DNA of 64,000 bases, from assembly GCA_963840855.1 (NCBI GenBank), contig CAWJBB010000059.1:34990-98989 (forward strand), given 5' to 3'. The translations under genes were made by a program, and so were the position numbers. The notes beneath the pieces are model-generated. The model worked only from the letters and a program-made list of their open reading frames with translations, did no database searches and was not told where the DNA came from. Positions 23,562 to 33,587 of the stretch are shown here, piece by piece. Source of the DNA: an uncultured delta proteobacterium. Lineage in GTDB: Bacteria > Desulfobacterota > Binatia > UBA9968. How positions within the stretch are numbered: position 1 is the first letter of the stretch; each line of letters starts with the position of its first letter.

Positions 23562-23748
23562 GGATAACCAGTAATATACGGAACCGTAGCTGCCAATATT
23601 AATATCTGTAAATGCTGAATGCAAAACCGCTTCGATTAGCCAGGAATCCCGGCCTCGTGTTGGCGACGGGAAGTGGTCGGGAGCAATAGTACCTGCATTC
23701 CTGAATCCGAATAGGTAATTCTGTTCCCAACCCACGTCGATGTGTGAG
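23562..23748 (-). repeat. Promoter + attI-like module, copy C
   Basis: Contains TTGCAT-17-TAATAT (23624-23596) and ends ...ATATTACTG-GTTATCC. Confidence 0.8.
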
Positions 23749-23789
23749 TTACCTTTGAGACCGCTGACTGGCACAATTTCTGCGGTGGG

Positions 23790-24025
23790 CTTGGATCCCA
23801 ATTCCGTATACAGGAGCATCGTGGTTAAATATACGTTGGAAACGGGTATCAGCGCCGAAGTGAACAGGTTGTGCGTTCACTCGCTACGCGCAACGGCCGC
23901 GACGAACGCGTTTTCCCACGATTCCGATATCGCCATGGCTAGACACGCGAACGTGTGCACCAAGTGGCCTTACGACCAGCGCAAAACCCGGCCCGGAAGA
24001 AAGTCCGACGTTCAGGGTGAAGCTT
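23790..24025 (+). pseudogene. Tyrosine recombinase C-terminal fragment
   Basis: CVHSLRATAATNAF...HANV...YDQRKTRP matches degenerate box II; the N-terminal two-thirds are absent. Confidence 0.75.
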
Positions 24026-24049
24026 TAAAATGGCGGCAGAGGCATATAA

Positions 24050-24514
24050 ATGACACACTGGGATCCCTTCCATGAGGCAAAAGAAGCCCTTCAAACCGTG
24101 CAGCGCGAATACACTGCGACCAACTCTATAAATGCTGCGACGGCTTACACCGTCGTCCATGCTGCTGAGACGGCGGTGCGCAACCTTTACACTTTCGCCA
24201 CTAGCGCTAATTTTCCCTACGATAAGTTTCCGCATCATGTTCCTGAGCGACTCGTCGAGAGTCTAGGCCTAGCGCCGTTCTATTCTCCCAAAATGCAAAC
24301 TTTTTTAGGAAAGCTGACTGGCTATGCGCCGCAGGATGTTCGCTATGAAAGCACACGGGCGTTTCAGGATCACACTAACCCAAAATCAGCCGGTCGCGGG
24401 AAAGAACTAATGGATGGCGTAACTCGTTTCGTTGAAGAGAGTGAAATATTAGCTAAAAATCCCGCCGCGCTTGAAGCAATTAGATCCAAGGTAACGAGCG
24501 CGTCTCTGCCATGA
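24050..24514 (+). CDS. HEPN-like domain protein
   Basis: All-helical pattern HAAETAVRNLY ... PHHVPERL ... DVRY resembling HEPN. Confidence 0.5.
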   Translation: MTHWDPFHEAKEALQTVQREYTATNSINAATAYTVVHAAETAVRNLYTFATSANFPYDKFPHHVPERLVESLGLAPFYSPKMQTFLGKLTGYAPQDVRYESTRAFQDHTNPKSAGRGKELMDGVTRFVEESEILAKNPAALEAIRSKVTSASLP

Positions 24515-24628
24515 GAAAGAGGCGGGAGCCCGCTCCGATGACGATAAAGTCGTACAGCAACGCATGGCGGCACGCACAATGTTTCGTGCAAACTGAGATG
24601 CACCGCGGAAGTTTTCGAGGAAAATGTA

Positions 24629-25560
24629 TTAGGAGACCTTCCGGATTAGCCAACTGACCAGGCCGGCATCCATCACTAAATCCGCGAGTTGTTCGGGTCC
24701 TATGACAGTCACGCGCGCGTCATCCGTGTCTGCGTTGCCGGAATGATATACATAGAACATCCGGTCATATGGGCCGTCCTTAATTTTGGCGATATATTCA
24801 GTGAGTTCAGCTGATGTGGTCTTTGATTTCACTTGCACGAACGCTCGCTCGTTGGTGCTTGGCAGGATCACGTCAAGATCAAGCGTCTTTTGGGCCTTAC
24901 CTACGGTTCCCACTCGCCGCCAACCGCTTGCTGTGAAAACAAGATCAACCAATAGCTCAAAATCGCGCGGTCCTAGCAGCTTCATCAAGGCGATTGCGGC
25001 ATTCTTCATCTCTTTGGAGGCGATGAGTGCGCGTTCTACCTCGGGTGTTTTCTGGCCGTTGATGCGACGGATTACGTAATCGCTCGCGTCCACGTCGCAA
25101 GACGTGCCGCGATACGCCGCCAGCTTCGTCAACGCACCCGACAGTTGGTCTTTCGTCAATAATTCTCCATTGAGGTCGGTCGAGTGCCATCCGTCACGTA
25201 TCGGTCTCCACACGCCCCGATCGTCAGCATGCCGCTGGACCTTGGCACGGTCCATTCTCCCCCAACACAAACGTTCGCCGATGAACGTGATCAAAGCATA
25301 GAGCGTCGTCTTAAAGAAAAACGCAATTCGTTGGTGGAACGGGTGGCAGTCCCCTTATCCTTACCTTCCGCGATGAAAGATTTGGGAAGGATGTTTCATC
25401 GTCCGGACTTTCACAATTGAAACCGTTGTCTCTGCGCGCTGCCGAAGCCAATACGAATAATGCCTTTCTCTAGACACTCCTTTTCCCAGCGCCCGGACTC
25501 GCCGAGCTTTATATAGCGGACAGCAGTCGGATTAATTTTCTTTTTTGCAGAAGTGCTCAT
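24629..25560 (-). CDS. Mrr-like restriction endonuclease (frameshifted near 25410 and 25295)
   Basis: C-terminal FELLVDLVF...GW...LDL...FVQVKS (D...QxK motif). The N-terminus VRYIKLGESGRWEKECL is in another frame. Confidence 0.75.
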
Positions 25561-25866
25561 AACATAAATTGTCACCCAGATTGACATTTCATGCTTGATT
25601 TCATGTAGCACAGTCAAGTTGATTTAAAGCACTCCTTTCCCTATTCGCCTTTTTCTTTGAAGCGCGCGTCTATGCCATGAGAGGCAGCCGCAAGCCCGCA
25701 CTGATAACGGCGCCGGTAGAGCAGTACGCGGGGCCGTGCGAGGTAATGGTACTCAGAAAGGCGATATTTGGCAGAATTTTTCCACGTGAATTTCACATTA
25801 CGCGTGGCGGGGCCACGAGAAAAAGGCGCACACAACGAAACGCGCGCATGAGATTTCGGCTATCAA

Positions 25867-27168
25867 TCATTTCAGAGGAGAAGCGGCGGGATCAGGTAGA
25901 AACTCGAAAATGACATAGTCATCATCTTCGTCAATTCCGGCGCGTTCAAACTTGGCATTGCTGAGGGTATAGCCTTGTTCTAGCCAGCGCTGAAACTGAT
26001 TATTCTCTCCGCGAGCGAAGCGTTTGAACTGTTCCGGCGAAATTTTTCCTGCGAGGTACTCCTGCAACAAACGAGCTGAGATTTTCATGGTTAACGGCTC
26101 CCCGGTTGTAATTTCAGATCCCAAATACCAGCCTCTGGCAGATGGCGTAAACACGCCTTGTTTCTGAAGTGACCTTGCCTGATACCCTTCTAATCTAGGG
26201 GCAGGCAAAGTCCCCGCAAGCTTTCTTAGTTTTTCTTCGGGGAGGGGGCGGTCATTTGGGGAAAACAGCGACACCCGCCAACTCAAATTATCGGAACTAG
26301 AAAGAAAGGATGATTGTCTGAACGGAGAGAAAACGCAAACCCCATCCACCGACGATTTGTGCAGGAAGTGCTCGATAATCTCCGCCCCAGATTTATAACG
26401 ATTCAGATGGTCTCGTTGGCGGAGTAGCCGCAAAAGCCTGGACCCTCCATCGGCAACGAAAATAACCTTGAGTGCCCCCACGGAGACGCCAGATAGCTGA
26501 TCCCCTTTATCTTCGAGTCTGCCAAAGAGAGGATTGTTTTCGATATCGTACGCCAAAGGCGGCAGTGATGAAAAAAAATTGAATCCCTGTCTTTGACGAT
26601 GACTCTTAGATTCAATTACGACATCAATGCGCTCATTTTTTAGCCGTAATGGTATTCTCTCAGAGTCGGATGAATTTTTTAACCATGTAAAAATTTGATC
26701 CTTCAATACCTGGTCAAGTTGGAAGTCAGACGTGACACAGTGTTCCCGTGTGAACACGTTGCCGCTCCACGAGCTGGTTTCACTAAAAGTAAGATAAAGA
26801 TAATTGCCACGGCCTTTGTCGATGGTATTCGCAAAGTCTACGATCTTTTGTGTGGCACGCTGCATGTTTTCTTCCCCGGATAGCTTGCCATCAGAAAGCG
26901 TTGTAATTTCTATATAAGACGGTCTATCAAACAGGCCTGTTGAAAGTGCTTCCGGCCTTCTGGAGCTGTTGGGCAAGGTGGGTTCTATTTCTATATCGGC
27001 AACCTGTTGGATGCCCCACAACAGTCCCAACTCCATCTCCGCTGCGAGCGCCTGTTCCGGCTTGTCATTGGAAAGTCGTGCTAATAAGTCGTTGGCTTTT
27101 TTACTGTCGAGAAGCGGACGCAAGTCGTCCATCATCTTCTGCAGCCTTCTGCGGGAGAATATCGGCAT
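25867..27168 (-). CDS. Hypothetical protein, possible PD-(D/E)xK nuclease fold
   Basis: Long, lower-GC ORF with the pattern AEMEL...SRRPEA...YIEITT. Confidence 0.65.
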   Translation of the reverse strand: MPIFSRRRLQKMMDDLRPLLDSKKANDLLARLSNDKPEQALAAEMELGLLWGIQQVADIEIEPTLPNSSRRPEALSTGLFDRPSYIEITTLSDGKLSGEENMQRATQKIVDFANTIDKGRGNYLYLTFSETSSWSGNVFTREHCVTSDFQLDQVLKDQIFTWLKNSSDSERIPLRLKNERIDVVIESKSHRQRQGFNFFSSLPPLAYDIENNPLFGRLEDKGDQLSGVSVGALKVIFVADGGSRLLRLLRQRDHLNRYKSGAEIIEHFLHKSSVDGVCVFSPFRQSSFLSSSDNLSWRVSLFSPNDRPLPEEKLRKLAGTLPAPRLEGYQARSLQKQGVFTPSARGWYLGSEITTGEPLTMKISARLLQEYLAGKISPEQFKRFARGENNQFQRWLEQGYTLSNAKFERAGIDEDDDYVIFEFLPDPAASPLK

Positions 27169-27244
27169 AAACTCAGGCCCAAAAGTTTCCAAAACGTTCA
27201 GTCACCAGAAGCTTTGTGTCACGTACGCCGGTGCTAATCTCGGT

Positions 27245-27883
27245 TCATTTCCTCGGCAACAATTTTCGCACATCTTGCAGAATCGCTTTGGGGTCGGGTG
27301 ACGTGCCGATATAGGCGATACGCATAGTCCCGCTGCGGTCGACCAGCGCGGTTAATGTCGTGTGATCGATGAGCCGCGCGCTTTTCTCTGAACGCCGACG
27401 CCGAAGTTCTTCCAGATTTTTTTGAGGACCGCCTCGTCGCCGGTGAGAAAGGCCCAATTTGCTAGGTCGACGCCGTAGCGCTTGGCATACGCCGCCATTA
27501 CCTTGCGGCGTGTCGATTTCAGGGTCCGTGGTTATGGTAACGAAATAGGTTGACGCGCGCTCATCCTTAGTCAGAGCGTCCTGAGTCTGGCGCATGGCAG
27601 CGGTGATTAGGGGGCAGACATCTGGACAAGTGGTGTAAGCGAAAGCGATAATCGCCACTTTGCCGCGCAGCGATTGGAACTTGAACGGCCGCGATGTTTG
27701 ATCCGTCAACGTGAAATCCTCAATGGGGATACGGACCTCGCGGCGCTCGGCCCCCTTGGCCTTCTGCGCCGCGCTCTGGTCATGGCTCCAGGCCGGCCAA
27801 GGCGCCGTAAAGGCGAAGAGAATCGCGTATAGCGGCAACACGAATCGCAAAGAGTTGAAGAATTCGGCTATGAGCGTGTTCAA
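27245..27883 (-). CDS. SCO family copper chaperone (internal compensating frameshifts)
   Basis: FTLTDQ, YTTCPDVCP, ITTDPEIDTP and DHTT motifs; signal peptide. Confidence 0.85.
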   Translation of the reverse strand: MNTLIAEFFNSLRFVLPLYAILFAFTAPWPAWSHDQSAAQKAKGAERREVRIPIEDFTLTDQTSRPFKFQSLRGKVAIIAFAYTTCPDVCPLITAAMRQTQDALTKDERASTYFVTITTDPEIDTPQGNGGVCQALRRRPSKLGLSHRRRGGPQKNLEELRRRRSEKSARLIDHTTLTALVDRSGTMRIAYIGTSPDPKAILQDVRKLLPRK

Positions 27884-27896
27884 AAAATCGTGTTCG

Positions 27897-27955
27897 TGTT
27901 CAACGTTTTGAACGGAGCGAAGCGGTTGAACGATTTGAACGGCTTGAACTACCGC
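27897..27955. repeat. Nonamer TTGAACNNN tandem repeat
   Basis: TTGAACGGA...TTGAACGAT TTGAACGGC TTGAACTAC. Confidence 0.7.
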
Positions 27956-27970
27956 AGGCCAATTAATCAA

Positions 27971-28459
27971 TCAGTACAGCAAGGCATTTGATGTTATTCT
28001 CGTTGTCGATTCGCGACTATTGTTTCCCGCCTGCGGTTCCTGCGGCGCTTCCGGCGGTTCATCATAGCCAAAGACCGCCTCCCACGGCACGCTGCAGTGG
28101 GCGGCAACCAGCGTGTCATATTTTTCCCACCAGCTTATCTCGCGCCCTTCCCGGCTCAGAAAACGAACCATCCGCACCATGTCGTTGATTTCGCCCGGCT
28201 TGAGACGCGGGATCAAACGCAGGCATCATGCCTTTGCCTTCAGCGATAATCTTGCGGATCTGACCTTTGCTTTTTCGCTCCACGGTCTGTCTAAAATCGG
28301 GAACTCGCACAGGCAACGAAGCCGCGGTCTGTCCATCGCCCTTGCCAACTGCCCCGTGACAACCGATACAGCGCTGCGCATACAGCGCGTCCATCCGCTC
28401 GCTGCGGCCGCAACCCATAACCCGCGGCGATAAAGATAACGGCGCAAGGTTTCATTCAA
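27971..28459 (-). CDS. c-type cytochrome (frameshifted)
   Basis: CIGCHG heme motif and GMMPAF distal Met; continues in the next frame as LKPGEINDMV. Confidence 0.8.
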
Positions 28460-28509
28460 GTGTTATTCTTGAGAGTTATCACAGTATGCGCAATTCCGAT
28501 GCGCCGCGG

Positions 28510-28585
28510 GTTCAAGTCGTTCCAATCGTTTCAGTCGTTCCAACCGTATTCGTATCGTTCGACGATTTGAACGAGTTGAACACCT
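28510..28585. repeat. Nonamer tandem/inverted repeat hairpin
   Basis: GTTCAAGTC GTTCCAATC GTTTCAGTC GTTCCAACC ... GATTTGAAC GAGTTGAAC. Confidence 0.75.
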
Positions 28586-28597
28586 TAAAAGGTTTAA

Positions 28598-28930
28598 TCA
28601 GAGCAAGCGAAAAGACCGGGTTTTCATGATAAGAAATACCGACCTCTCCTCGACGAGGCGTAGCCTACTCACAGCCGAAGCTGTAAGCCGCACGTAAAAT
28701 TCGCCACCTGCTGATACTGTTAGCATAGCTTCGCCATCAAGCAAGTCGATCTTGCGCACAACCCCCGCCACGACGTTACCAGCCGAGATTTGCTCCGGCC
28801 GTTGCGTCGCGACGAGAATGTCGTCGGCGCCTATGCGAATCTGCAGTTGTTTTACCCGAACCGGACGGCCCAAAGATAGCGGTGATGCGGGATTCGAACG
28901 ACGGACTCTCGGACTGTATGAACATTGAGA
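28598..28930 (-). pseudogene. Internally deleted second modC copy
   Basis: Walker A AIFGPSGSGK is joined almost directly to a C-terminal TOBE domain (ISAGNV...FYVRLTA...FLIMKTRSF) that parallels 30722-30950. Confidence 0.75.
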
Positions 28931-29427
28931 TCATTCGGACCTCGAATAAAAGCAACCGCGCGCGCCGATTGAGCAGGCCCTGAACGGTCGTTGGCACCGA
29001 TGTGATTCAGCTTTGACACGCGCCTTCATCTATAATAGGGATTTGTTACGTTCGATCTAGCCAGCCAGCGAGTCTCATGAGGCTCGCAAGCCAGCGTCAA
29101 ATTCACGATTATTATTGGAGGTAGATGATGCACATCGGGCTTTTCTCGAATGGTGAGCGACGCAATCAGGTTCACGGTTCTCTAGTCTCACTCAAGTCAC
29201 ATCTTCTTGGTCGGTCTCGGCCCAACGTATATTCGTTTGCTGTTTCTCCGTTGGACCTCTTAACTGAAAACAAAATGTTCGTCTCGCTAGCGCATATCGT
29301 CTCGGACCTTAATTGCCGCTGTGCGGGGAGACTCTGGAGAGCCGCTGTTGCTTGGCTATGCCGCGTGGACGGTCTATCTGTCGTTCTTCGCAGTCTTCCC
29401 GATCATTTTGCAGATGATCAACGTCAG

Positions 29428-29745
29428 TTAGGCGGGCGCATGAAACTCCTTTAATCGTGCGAGCATCTCCTCCTTCGAGATATCAGTTACAACTATATGT
29501 ATACAGCAAGAATTTCTCTTGTAGGTGAAATGACGGCTGACGACTTTGAAGTCTTGTTTTTTCCCACCATGCAGGTAGCCAACGCTATCTCCCACATTCG
29601 GAATCGGGGAAAACTCGCCCTCTTCTAATTCAATAGGCTCGTCTTGAGGTTCATCCTGTGGCCGGGCTGATGTGGGCGATTTATACTGGAATTCAATTTT
29701 GTATTTCACATTAACCTCCAGTTCGTAGTACTGGTTAGAGGTCAT
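29428..29745 (-). CDS. Hypothetical protein
   Basis: AT-rich ORF with PIPNVGDSV...FKVVSRHF. A GGAGG precedes an internal GTG start, and the stop lies within GCCTAAC. Confidence 0.6.
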   Translation of the reverse strand: MTSNQYYELEVNVKYKIEFQYKSPTSARPQDEPQDEPIELEEGEFSPIPNVGDSVGYLHGGKKQDFKVVSRHFTYKRNSCCIHIVVTDISKEEMLARLKEFHAPA

Positions 29746-29918
29746 GAGGCATGCGCCCCGTAGTTCGCGCGCCTATCGGGGCAGCCAAGGCGACTGTCAA
29801 GAAAAAGTTGGTGCTGTTCACATCGCCATTTGGCGGGGCCGCAACTAAGGCTGCCATACTTGGGTGCCTCTCATGGTCAAACCTGACCTTGGTTTAGCAC
29901 GTCAACAACCGGGCACTA

Positions 29919-30380
29919 TTAGCTTTGTACAGGGGCAAAACCATGCTTTACAAGTATTTCCTGTCCCTGCGCGGAAAGGATGAATTGGGACAATCGCGTT
30001 GACGCTGCGCTCGCGCCATTCAGCACAGTCATGCCGTACTCTGCCCCAACGGCGAGCGCTTCCGGCAGCTGGATCACTTTCAGGCCGGGCGCCTCCCGCG
30101 ACGCCAGGATAGCGTTGGTGCAATACGTCAGGAACACATCGGCCTTGTTTTCCGCCATCAACATAGTGTAAACGCTGCGGTCCTTGGGCGGCGGCGGTGC
30201 ATCCGTCCCGCCAACCAGCTTCAAGGCCTTGCCCGAGAACGCCGCATAGGCCCCGGGGCGAAGCTTTTCCGCCTTCTCGAACATGACCCACGTGTAATCC
30301 CCCGAAGGGTCGTTTTTTGGAGTGGACGACCCGACGCGTATCTTGGGGTCGAGCAGCTTCACTGGATTGACCAGGCGTTC
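29919..30380 (-). pseudogene. C-terminal half of a ModA-like molybdate-binding protein
   Basis: STPKNDPSGDY, ADVFLTYCTNA and GQEILVKHGF motifs. The upstream in-frame part is unrelated and has no signal peptide. Confidence 0.75.
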
Positions 30381-30721
30381 CGGCCCTGTCCATAGATACG
30401 GAAACGAAACGCAGTTGATTGGTTCTCCATTCATCGTTCCCCCTTTGGCAAGATTTGTCCACGTTTGTTGAGATCGCCCTTCGGCGCCAAGGGCTTGTTG
30501 AATATCGTCACAGGTATACCCAATCAGAGATTGGAGGTACTTTGACAACCGACTTCCGCGCTTGAACTACCGTCGTACAGCACACAAACTATTTTCGCCA
30601 TTGCATCCTGCTTCTTAGTTATTGTCCAACTACACTCCCCCAACGGGTTTGAAGCCTGCGGACAGTCTTACCAGTCGATCATCCAATTCAACAAATTCCT
30701 TTTCGGGCATGGCACGAATGG

Positions 30722-31795
30722 TTAAAGCAAATGGAAAGACCTGGTCTTTCATAATCAGAAAAACGCGGCTATCTTCGACAAGGCCGAGCTTGCTCACCGC
30801 GGCGGCGGTGAGCCTTACGTAGAATTCTTCTCCTGCCAATACCGTTAGTATAGCTTGACCGTCGAGCAATTCGATTCTTCGGACCGTCCCCGGGATGACA
30901 TTACCTGCGGAGATCCCTTCGGGTCTGCGTGCCGACCAAAATATCGTCCGCACTGATGCGAATCTGGAATGAGATGGTTCGCCGGTTGCTGGCAGATAGG
31001 GGATAACAAGCTCTTGGCCCGATTCCAGACGAACTCTAGTGCGACCGGCTTCGGGATCTGACTCGACGAAGGTCACGGTAAAAATGTTTTCGAACTGATC
31101 TTCTGGGAATTTGCATGATCGCGTGCGCCGATCTCAGTGCCTCTCGCGGAATTCCTTGCGTGACCAACTGTCCCTGGCTGGATCATCAATACCCAATCCG
31201 CCAGGGCCAGAACTTCGGTCAAATTATGCGTCACGTAAATCATCGGAATTGAGAATTCGTTTCGCACGCGGGCAAGGTAAGGCAGGATTCTTTCCTTGAG
31301 ACCGATGTCGAGGGCAGCCAAAGGTTCATCCAACAAGAGCAATTGCGGGTGCGACAATATCGCTCTAGCCAGTGCAACTCTTTGCGCCTCACCCCCTGAG
31401 AGCTTTGTGACGGGCCGATCCAGGAGATTTCCGATTTCCAAGACATCCAACACATGGTTCACACTGATGTCTTTAGACTTGCCGTACGTATCGCGATTCG
31501 CTCCGAATAGGATATTCGTTCGGACCGAAAGATGCGGAAACAGCGCGCCCTCTTGAGAAACGTAGCCGATGCCCCTGTCTCGAGGTGGGCGATTGATTCC
31601 ACGAGCCGAGGAGAACAGCGTTCGTCCGTTGACTTCGATCTCCCCCGCTGGGATATGTCTCAAACCGGCGATGGCGTCGAGAAGTGTGGTTTTGCCGGAA
31701 CCCGAAGGTCCGAAGATGGACGTCACCCGCGCATCGAAAGTTACGTCGACATCGAGCTCAAAATGCGCCAGCGGTATCCGACAACGCAGCAGCAT
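30722..31795 (-). CDS. modC: Molybdate ABC transporter ATPase (frameshifted)
   Basis: GPSGSGKTT, LSGGEAQR and LLLDEP motifs. The TOBE domain is in shifted frames, ending ...MKTRSFHLL. Confidence 0.9.
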
Positions 31796-31796
31796 G

Positions 31797-32471
31797 TCAG
31801 GTGTTGCTTCTCGTTCTTAAGAGCCATTCCGAGCACCAGACGAACAAGAACGCTAAAGCGACAGTGATTCCCAGCAAGACGTACGCTTCAGGGTCCTTGC
31901 CTAACTGGACAAAATTATAAATCGCCAGAGACAACGTCTGGGTCTCTCCTGGGATATTTCCTGCCAGCAAGATCGTCGCGCCGAACTCGCCTAGCGCCCG
32001 CGAAAACGCCAGCAGCGCTCCGGCGACGATGCCCTTATACGCCAAGGGAATCGTAATGACGAAAAAAATTCGCAGCCCCGACGCGCCGAGCGTCGCGGCG
32101 ATCTGTTCGAGGCGCGGATTGACTTCCGCGAATGACGTGCGCACCGATCGCACCAGCAGCGGAAAGGACATCACCGCCATCGCGATCAGGACGCCTTTCC
32201 AGTTGAAAACGATCTCTACGCCGCGTTCGTAAAGCCAATGTCCGAGGGGGCTACGTCGGCCGAATATCTTCAAAAGGATCAGTCCCGTCGACACCGGCGG
32301 CATGACCAGCGGCAAAAGCACGATGGTTTCAACAACGCTCTTTAGTGGCCAATCTTTGCGCGCGAAAAGCCAGGCCAGCGCGATGCCGAACGGCAAAATT
32401 AGCAGCGTACTGGCAAGCCCGACGGAGAGCGAAAAGAGTGTGATTTGCCAGGTTTCAAACGAAAAGATCAC
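31797..32471 (-). CDS. modB: Molybdate ABC transporter permease
   Basis: LPLVMPPVSTG and FSRALGEFGAT motifs. Confidence 0.95.
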   Translation of the reverse strand: MIFSFETWQITLFSLSVGLASTLLILPFGIALAWLFARKDWPLKSVVETIVLLPLVMPPVSTGLILLKIFGRRSPLGHWLYERGVEIVFNWKGVLIAMAVMSFPLLVRSVRTSFAEVNPRLEQIAATLGASGLRIFFVITIPLAYKGIVAGALLAFSRALGEFGATILLAGNIPGETQTLSLAIYNFVQLGKDPEAYVLLGITVALAFLFVWCSEWLLRTRSNT

Positions 32472-32492
32472 TAAACGATAGGTTCCCCGCGC

Positions 32493-33272
32493 TCAATCTA
32501 ATACGACAAAGCCGTATTTTTTGAAAGCGTCCTTTGCGACAGGACTCTGGACGTAGTTCATGAAATCACGCGCGGCTTCTTTGCGCTTGGATTCTTTCAC
32601 GATGGCTGCCGGGTAAGTGATCTTGGGTCCCTTATCGATGGGCACTTCGTAGACAATCTTGACCTTCTTGGAAACTGCCGCGTCGGTTTTGTAAACGAAA
32701 CCGGCTTCAACGTTGCCGGACTCGACCGAAGCTAGAGTCGCACGGACATCCTGCACCGGAACCACCTTCGGCTTGACCTGGTCCCAAAGACCTTCGTCGG
32801 TCAGATATTTACTGCTGTAGACGCCCACCGGTACAGAGGACGGCTCGGCAAGAGCGATCCTTTTGATGTCGGACTTCAACAAATCCTTTGGGGACGAGAT
32901 GGCGAGCTTGGAATCCGCCGGGACAATGATCACCAGCTGGTTCGAGAGCAGATTCCTTCGGGTTTCCGGTTCCAGACGGCCATTTTTGTCCAAAGTGTCC
33001 ATCTGCGGCAGATCGGCCGAGAAGAAAATATCCGCCGGCGCGCCTTCTTCGATTTGCCGCGCCAGGCCGCTGGACGGACCAAAATTGAATTTTACTGTGT
33101 GTTTGGATTTTGCCTGAAAGCCGCTGCTGATTTCCTTCAGGACATCGGTGAGACTTGCGGCCGCAGAGACCAGAATTTCGTCGGCAAGCGCGTGCGCGTA
33201 GGTCCAGGCTAAGACAAAGAGCACCGCGATCACCGAAAGGTACTTGCACGCACCGCGGTTGAATTGAAACAT
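32493..33272 (-). CDS. modA: Molybdate-binding periplasmic protein
   Basis: AAASL, PSSGLARQIEEGAPADIFFSA, VPVG, DVR and GFVYKTD motifs. Confidence 0.95.
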   Translation of the reverse strand: MFQFNRGACKYLSVIAVLFVLAWTYAHALADEILVSAAASLTDVLKEISSGFQAKSKHTVKFNFGPSSGLARQIEEGAPADIFFSADLPQMDTLDKNGRLEPETRRNLLSNQLVIIVPADSKLAISSPKDLLKSDIKRIALAEPSSVPVGVYSSKYLTDEGLWDQVKPKVVPVQDVRATLASVESGNVEAGFVYKTDAAVSKKVKIVYEVPIDKGPKITYPAAIVKESKRKEAARDFMNYVQSPVAKDAFKKYGFVVLD

Positions 33273-33326
33273 TTCTACCGATTCTCCTTGTGTGTGTTGA
33301 ATGTTGGTCTTGAGCGATTCCGCCTC

Positions 33327-33536
33327 TTATTCTTTGCCGACAATGACCTCTGAGGCTTTGATGATCGCGTAGGCCTCGTCTCCCTTTTTGAGATTCAAGT
33401 CTTTGGCGGCCTCCGCCGTGATGGAAGACGTGATGACGATGCCATGGCCCAGATCGATCTTGACATTAGAAGTAGTTACGCCCTTATTCACTCCGATGAC
33501 TTTTCCCTTTAGGACATTTCGCGCACTGAGTTTCAT
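33327..33536 (-). CDS. Molbindin (Mop/TOBE)
   Basis: MKLSARNVLKG...SSIT...IKASEV, 69 aa. Confidence 0.93.
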   Translation of the reverse strand: MKLSARNVLKGKVIGVNKGVTTSNVKIDLGHGIVITSSITAEAAKDLNLKKGDEAYAIIKASEVIVGKE

Positions 33537-33587
33537 ATGATTCTCCTTGTTTGAGTTTTTCTCGTAGATCTTGAGGTAATGAAGCGT

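Noticed and set aside
17890-23819. Similar short ORFs containing EA(I/V)xHxAFTDINIG as a paralog family
   Set aside because: They are translations of the non-coding promoter/attI-like repeat, and their starts, lengths and flanks are inconsistent between copies.
23790-24025. Integron integrase IntI
   Set aside because: It is only a fragment, and its box II sequence is from a different tyrosine recombinase family.
29400-29433. attC after the 29428-29745 ORF
   Set aside because: GCCTAAC overlaps the stop, but I could not find a matching GTTRRRY arm with proper complementarity.
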